Of a stretch of DNA of 42,349 nucleotides, positions 38,185-42,349 are shown one piece after another (positions within the stretch are counted from its first letter, which is position 1; each line of letters begins with the position of its first letter). The translations under genes and the position numbers were made by a program. The stretch is from an uncultured bacterium (GTDB taxonomy: Bacteria > JAJVIF01 > JAPKYR01). Location of the stretch: the NCBI GenBank assembly GCA_965369865.1, contig CBDURU010000019.1, positions 1 to 42,349 of the forward strand, in the 5' to 3' direction. The notes beneath the pieces were generated by a model. It was not told where the DNA came from and did not search any database. It saw only the letters and a program-made list of their open reading frames with translations.

Positions 38185-40107
38185 ATGAGCTTTCTCGATA
38201 AAATCAAATCGCTGGTAACAGGCAGGAAAACCGCCAGGAATCGTATTGTTGTCCTCGGCGCCGACGGAATGGATCCGCGTATTTTTGAGAAACTTCTCAG
38301 GGATGGCCGGATGCCTAACATGAAATCGATTCTCGAACGCGGCGGTTATTCCCCACTGAAGACCACCATCCCTGCTGAAAGCCCTGTGGCGTGGTCTTCG
38401 TTTGCGACCGGCATGAATCCCGGGAAGCATGGGATTTTCGATTTCCTGACAAGGAACGCCAAAGACTACTCACCCGCGATCGCCCCGGTAAGCGTCAAAA
38501 TAAAAAAGCTGGGAAAACCGGAGCCGATATGCAACAGGTCCGGGACAAGTTTCTGGAAACGCCTTGGCGATGCTGGATTCCGATCCGCGATCATCCGGGT
38601 TCCTGTCACATTTCCCCCCGAAAAATTCAACGGGCGGATGTTGTCCGGGCTTGGCGTGCCAGACCTTCGCGGTACATGGGGTACGAGCGTTCTCTACAAG
38701 GAAGGAGAAAAATCCGTTAATTACACGGAAATGGGTGGCGTCGAGATCGAACTTGTACGTGGTGAGGATGGAAGTTTCGAAACTGAAATTACAGGGCCGA
38801 AACGCGCGAATTCGACTGTGCCCCTGAAAATATCGATCCAGGACGGTCGCGCGAATCTGGAATGGCAGGATAATACGGCACGCCTTGCGCCGGGAGAATG
38901 GTCGGACTGGGTGCCGATTTATTTTGAGGTGACAATTGGTCCTCTGACTTTACGACCGAAGGGAATAATGAGATTTTTCCTTCACTCAATTGATCCGGTA
39001 AAACTTTACCTCGGCGCAATTTCAATGGACCCTAAAGACCCGATGTATCCGGTCACACATCCCGCTGCATGGTCGAAAGAGCTTGCACGGGAATACGGGA
39101 ATTTCTGCACTCTCGGCTGGATGGAGGACACTTGGGGCCTGAATGAAAACCGAATCGACGAGGCGGGGTTCCTTGAGGAGGCGGAGAATTTCACATCGCA
39201 GCTTGAGGAGATGGTGCTTGGGATTATCGAAAGTAAAGAGGATGACCTGGTTGTAGCTGTATTCGAAGCGACCGACCGTAACCAGCATATGTTCTGGCGT
39301 TGCATCGACCATGGGCATCCCGCATGGGACGATGCGGAATCGAAACGATGGGGGGACACGATCGACAGGACGTATGAACGTTTCGATGAGACTGTCGGCA
39401 AGGTCGCTTCACGTCTGGATGACAACACTATCCTCATGGTTATGAGCGACCATGGATTTAATTCATTCCGTCGTGCCGTCAATATTAATACATGGCTAAG
39501 GAATGAAGGGTTCCTGGTTGCGGACCCGGATGCGTGTCGCGACGATCTCAGTCTGAGGGATCTTCAGCACGGCGGTGCATTCTGGCCCGGTGTCGACTGG
39601 AGCAAAACACGGGCTTACTCGATGGGCCTCGGGAAAATCTATGTCAATCTCCGCGGACGGGAATCGCAGGGGGTCGTGGACCTGGGTCGTGAGTACGAGG
39701 AACTCCGGGACGAGATAATCGGTAAATTCTCAAAGCTGACCGATCCGCAATCCGGCAAACCGGTAGTCAGCGTTATGCACAAGGCGGACAGGATTTTCTC
39801 GGGTCCGATGGTTCCGCATGCCGGGGATTTAATTGTTGGCTTCAATATTGGATATCGAGTAAGCTGGCAGACCGCTCTCGGGGGATTTCCCGCGGAGGTT
39901 ATCGAGGACAACAAGAAAAAATGGTCGGCCGATCACTGTTCGGTGAATTCAGATTTCGCGAGCGGTGTTTTATTGACGACTGAGAAATACGGCGCCATAT
40001 CGGAGGGGAGGAGTCCGGATATTATGGATCTCGCGCCGACGATAATGCGCCACATGGATGTCGATATTCCCGATGACATCGATGGAGTCCCCCTGCAGGA
40101 GAAGTGA
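38185..40107 (+). CDS. Alkaline phosphatase superfamily / nucleotide pyrophosphatase-phosphodiesterase
   Basis: VLGADG, PAESPVAWSSFATGMNPGKHGIFDF, DRNQHMFW, MSDHGF, WSADH, DLAPT. Confidence 0.92.
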   Translation: MSFLDKIKSLVTGRKTARNRIVVLGADGMDPRIFEKLLRDGRMPNMKSILERGGYSPLKTTIPAESPVAWSSFATGMNPGKHGIFDFLTRNAKDYSPAIAPVSVKIKKLGKPEPICNRSGTSFWKRLGDAGFRSAIIRVPVTFPPEKFNGRMLSGLGVPDLRGTWGTSVLYKEGEKSVNYTEMGGVEIELVRGEDGSFETEITGPKRANSTVPLKISIQDGRANLEWQDNTARLAPGEWSDWVPIYFEVTIGPLTLRPKGIMRFFLHSIDPVKLYLGAISMDPKDPMYPVTHPAAWSKELAREYGNFCTLGWMEDTWGLNENRIDEAGFLEEAENFTSQLEEMVLGIIESKEDDLVVAVFEATDRNQHMFWRCIDHGHPAWDDAESKRWGDTIDRTYERFDETVGKVASRLDDNTILMVMSDHGFNSFRRAVNINTWLRNEGFLVADPDACRDDLSLRDLQHGGAFWPGVDWSKTRAYSMGLGKIYVNLRGRESQGVVDLGREYEELRDEIIGKFSKLTDPQSGKPVVSVMHKADRIFSGPMVPHAGDLIVGFNIGYRVSWQTALGGFPAEVIEDNKKKWSADHCSVNSDFASGVLLTTEKYGAISEGRSPDIMDLAPTIMRHMDVDIPDDIDGVPLQEK

Positions 40108-40127
40108 ATTAGTCCTGTTAAATTCAG

Positions 40128-40224
40128 ACGGGTGGCCGCCACAAGCGGAGCGAAGGCGTAGCTTGTGGCGGAATACAAAAGTTATCATTCGCCGACAAGC
40201 TCCGTTTGTCATCGGCACCCACTT
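40128..40224. repeat. Structured ~100-bp repeat, copy 1 (REPIN-like inverted doublet)
   Basis: ACGGGTGGCCGCCACAAGC...GCTTGTGGCGG...CGCCGACAAGCT...TTGTCATCGGCACCCACTT. Imperfect direct repeat of 40699-40805. Confidence 0.85.
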
Positions 40225-40244
40225 GGCTAAGAACGGCAAACAGC

Positions 40245-40272
40245 TTGACACTTAACAAATTTGTGGTACATT
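40245..40272 (+). promoter_or_regulatory. Promoter for a probably leaderless HNH transcript
   Basis: TTGACA-N16-TACATT with extended -10 TG. ATG follows 6 nt later and there is no SD. Confidence 0.55.
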
Positions 40273-40278
40273 AATAAA

Positions 40279-40668
40279 ATGAGCCTCGCAAAAATTCTAA
40301 AATCTGTTAAAAAGTTTGTTAAAAAAAGTTCATCTGGACAGAGGAAACGGTCCAAATCGTCACCAAACAAATACGTTAAAGTTAAGGTCGGGAATAAAAA
40401 AGTAGCTGAACACCGCCAGGTTCTGATAAACGATGGATTCAATCTAAAGGGGAAAGATACACATCATCGGAACAGGCGAAAGAATGAGAACTGGAGAGGA
40501 AACTTAGTTTCCCTTACTCCGAAACAACACCGGGCAGTTCATTTGGCTGAAGACAACTTTGATATTGTAACGAGAAAAAAGCGAAAGCCGAATAAATACG
40601 AAAGCACGATTTATAAGAACTTAAGTAAGTATTGTAAAGCCAAACCAAAACAGCGAAGGAATCGTTGA
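40279..40668 (+). CDS. Small basic HNH endonuclease (HNH_3-like)
   Basis: Y...AEHRQV...DTHHRNRRKNENWRGNLVSLTPKQHRAVH matches the EHR...HH.N..K.DN...NL..L...EH...H pattern. Confidence 0.8.
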   Translation: MSLAKILKSVKKFVKKSSSGQRKRSKSSPNKYVKVKVGNKKVAEHRQVLINDGFNLKGKDTHHRNRRKNENWRGNLVSLTPKQHRAVHLAEDNFDIVTRKKRKPNKYESTIYKNLSKYCKAKPKQRRNR

Positions 40669-40698
40669 GTATATCCTTTTACCTTAATCAGTCATGAA

Positions 40699-40805
40699 AC
40701 GGGTGGCCGTCACAAGCGGAGTATGACGTAGCTTGTGGCGGTAATAGTAATTATCAGTCGCCGACATGTTACGCTTTCGCTTCACTTGTCGTCGGCACGC
40801 GACTT
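40699..40805. repeat. Structured ~100-bp repeat, copy 2 (REPIN-like inverted doublet)
   Basis: ACGGGTGGCCGTCACAAGC...GCTTGTGGCGG...CGCCGACATGTTACGCTTTCGCTTCACTTGTCGTCGGCACGCGACTT. Confidence 0.85.
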
Positions 40806-40946
40806 AACGAAGCTCAAAATCCCCACGACAAAGAAACTCTCCAACGCCAGATCGCCGCAACGGACATTCAGATAGACAGGCTGGTTTATGAGTTGTATGA
40901 TCTGACGGAGGAGGAGATAAAGATAGTGATAGGAGTAGACGAATGA
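40800..40946 (+). pseudogene. C-terminal remnant of a type IIG (Eco57I/TaqI-C-type) restriction-modification enzyme
   Basis: Translates as RLNEAQNPHDKETLQRQIAATDIQIDRLVYELYDLTEEEIKIVIGVDE*, containing the conserved IDxLVYELYxLTEEEIKIV tail. Its TGA overlaps the next ATG (ATGA). Confidence 0.85.
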
Positions 40947-42127
40947 AAAAACCTCATCTTTTGGTATTAATGGGAGCTGGCGGAAGCATAGACATAGGGA
41001 TGCCTTCAACAAAGTGTCTCACTGACCATATTATTAAGTGCATAACCCCAAGTTATGATGGAGATCTGCCAGATCCATATAATAAAGGCAATCCTGATGT
41101 TATAAAGCAAATTCAATCATTTTGTTTTGAGCTATGGGAAAAATTCACAACACGTCGAAACCAGCCTAATTTCGAACACCTTATTGGAGATTTGGAATTC
41201 ATTTACGGCCTGAACGAGCGGGATGAAGATGGTAATTTCAGCGAAAAACATAAACTGGCTGATAAATCCCTAGATTTTGCAATCAATATAATATTACAAT
41301 TAATCTATAAACATTCCATTATGCTTGATAAAGATAACAGAGAGTCTTGGGCTATATTCTCAGAATTTTGGAATAGATTGAACGACACTTTTGAATTGAT
41401 CGTGATCACCCTGAATTACGGAAATGAGATCGAAAAGGCCATTGAGTTGCAGAATAAAGGGTTTGTATCTGTATCCAACAATAATTTTTCAATGAGATTA
41501 GATGGATCAGAATTCTTCAAAGGTATAATTGAACCTCAGATAATACACCTTCATGGATCTATTCACTTTGGACAGAACTGGGACATACCAGGTTTTATAG
41601 ATAATTTGGAAAACCTTCAAGATCAACACTACTACGATAAACCGATGAGTGCTTATAGTTTGAGTAATTTCATGAAGTGGGAAAATGTTGGAAGCGCAGA
41701 AGGGAATATTGGCAAGTCTCGACCCATTATAGCTGGCCTCAGAAAAATGGATAAATTCAACTGGAGTCCTTTTTGTTATTATTTAGCTATTCTTCCTAGA
41801 TTGTTAAATGAAATCCAAAATTTATTAATTATTGGCTATGGTTTCGGAGACCCTCATATAAATAACTGGCTATTGAGAATCAGAGACTTTGGAGAAATCG
41901 AGAATCGAAAAATTTTCATGATTACAAAAAAGGACAGCTGGGAAGAGACCAAAGAGCAAAACCACGTTGATTTCGCTCTAAATAAACAATTGGAATCTCA
42001 GAATGAAGCTTACGAACAAAATTTTATAGAAATTATAAAAAAAATGAGTTTTGATTGTTGGTGTGGCGGTTTCAATGGGTTCGCAAAAAATGATGGGGTA
42101 AATAAACTGATTGAATATTTCAAATAG
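40943..42127 (+). CDS. SIR2-like (SIR2_2) domain protein, putative NADase anti-phage effector
   Basis: LVLMGAGGS...MP, ITLNY, IHLHGS, LLIIGYGFGDPHIN. AT-rich relative to the rest of the window. Confidence 0.85.
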   Translation: MKKPHLLVLMGAGGSIDIGMPSTKCLTDHIIKCITPSYDGDLPDPYNKGNPDVIKQIQSFCFELWEKFTTRRNQPNFEHLIGDLEFIYGLNERDEDGNFSEKHKLADKSLDFAINIILQLIYKHSIMLDKDNRESWAIFSEFWNRLNDTFELIVITLNYGNEIEKAIELQNKGFVSVSNNNFSMRLDGSEFFKGIIEPQIIHLHGSIHFGQNWDIPGFIDNLENLQDQHYYDKPMSAYSLSNFMKWENVGSAEGNIGKSRPIIAGLRKMDKFNWSPFCYYLAILPRLLNEIQNLLIIGYGFGDPHINNWLLRIRDFGEIENRKIFMITKKDSWEETKEQNHVDFALNKQLESQNEAYEQNFIEIIKKMSFDCWCGGFNGFAKNDGVNKLIEYFK

Positions 42128-42134
42128 TCAAGCG

Positions 42135-42162
42135 GTAGACCCATATCTATGTGATATGGGTT
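42135..42162 (+). repeat. GTAG-type REP-like palindrome
   Basis: GTAG + ACCCATATC-tatgt-GATATGGGT perfect 9-bp stem just after the SIR2 stop. Confidence 0.55.
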
Positions 42163-42212
42163 CCATTTCCAACCATCCTCCCAAAAAAATCCCCCTTTCC
42201 CCTTGCCCCTAC

Positions 42213-42241
42213 TTGACAATATCCCATCTTTATGCTATACT
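42213..42241 (+). promoter_or_regulatory. Near-consensus sigma70 promoter
   Basis: TTGACA-N17-TATACT with extended -10 TG. Confidence 0.75.
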
Positions 42242-42349
42242 CACTATGGAAGGGCATTCTGTACCCACTGCAGGGAATTCCCTCCATACGGAATCCGGCG
42301 CGTGATTTCCAGCTCTTGAAGCTGAGCGCCTGTAACCACGCCACCTTCG

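Noticed and set aside
40128..40805. Integron attC sites or a CRISPR mini-array
   Set aside because: No RYYYAAC...GTTRRRY ends and no integrase. The repeats are ~100 bp and separated by a whole gene.
42290..42349. tRNA (Sec-like, CTTCAA loop on the minus strand)
   Set aside because: No T-arm GTTCRA, acceptor stem or CCA could be built.

Overview
Bacterial chromosomal window from an unidentified, probably anaerobic diderm (inferred from gene content). It is mostly housekeeping or metabolic genes: a three-subunit molybdopterin oxidoreductase operon with no Tat signal, sucCD, a TetR-led LolA-like/ABC/outer-membrane-protein operon, a lipoate ligase-family protein, a WecA/MraY-type transferase, a nitroreductase, hydantoinase/oxoprolinase A and B, two STAS proteins, nadK-recN, HDOD and ArsR regulators, and an alkaline-phosphatase-superfamily phosphodiesterase. 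The unusual signal lies between the ORFs. (i) At least five unrelated REP/REPIN-like palindrome families are present; one supplies the stop codon of two genes and one sits inside a MITE-like element. (ii) Two gene remnants are absent from the ORF track: the 3' end of cysK and the C-terminal tail of a type IIG restriction-modification enzyme. (iii) There are three candidate non-coding RNAs with promoters, including one closed-stem RNA packed with anti-Shine-Dalgarno motifs. (iv) A defence-island-like right end carries a leaderless HNH nuclease flanked by two ~100-bp structured direct repeats, followed by the RM remnant translationally coupled to a SIR2-like gene. No CRISPR array, rRNA, tRNA, transposase or integrase was recognised. 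All family assignments come from motif recognition by eye, not database searches.
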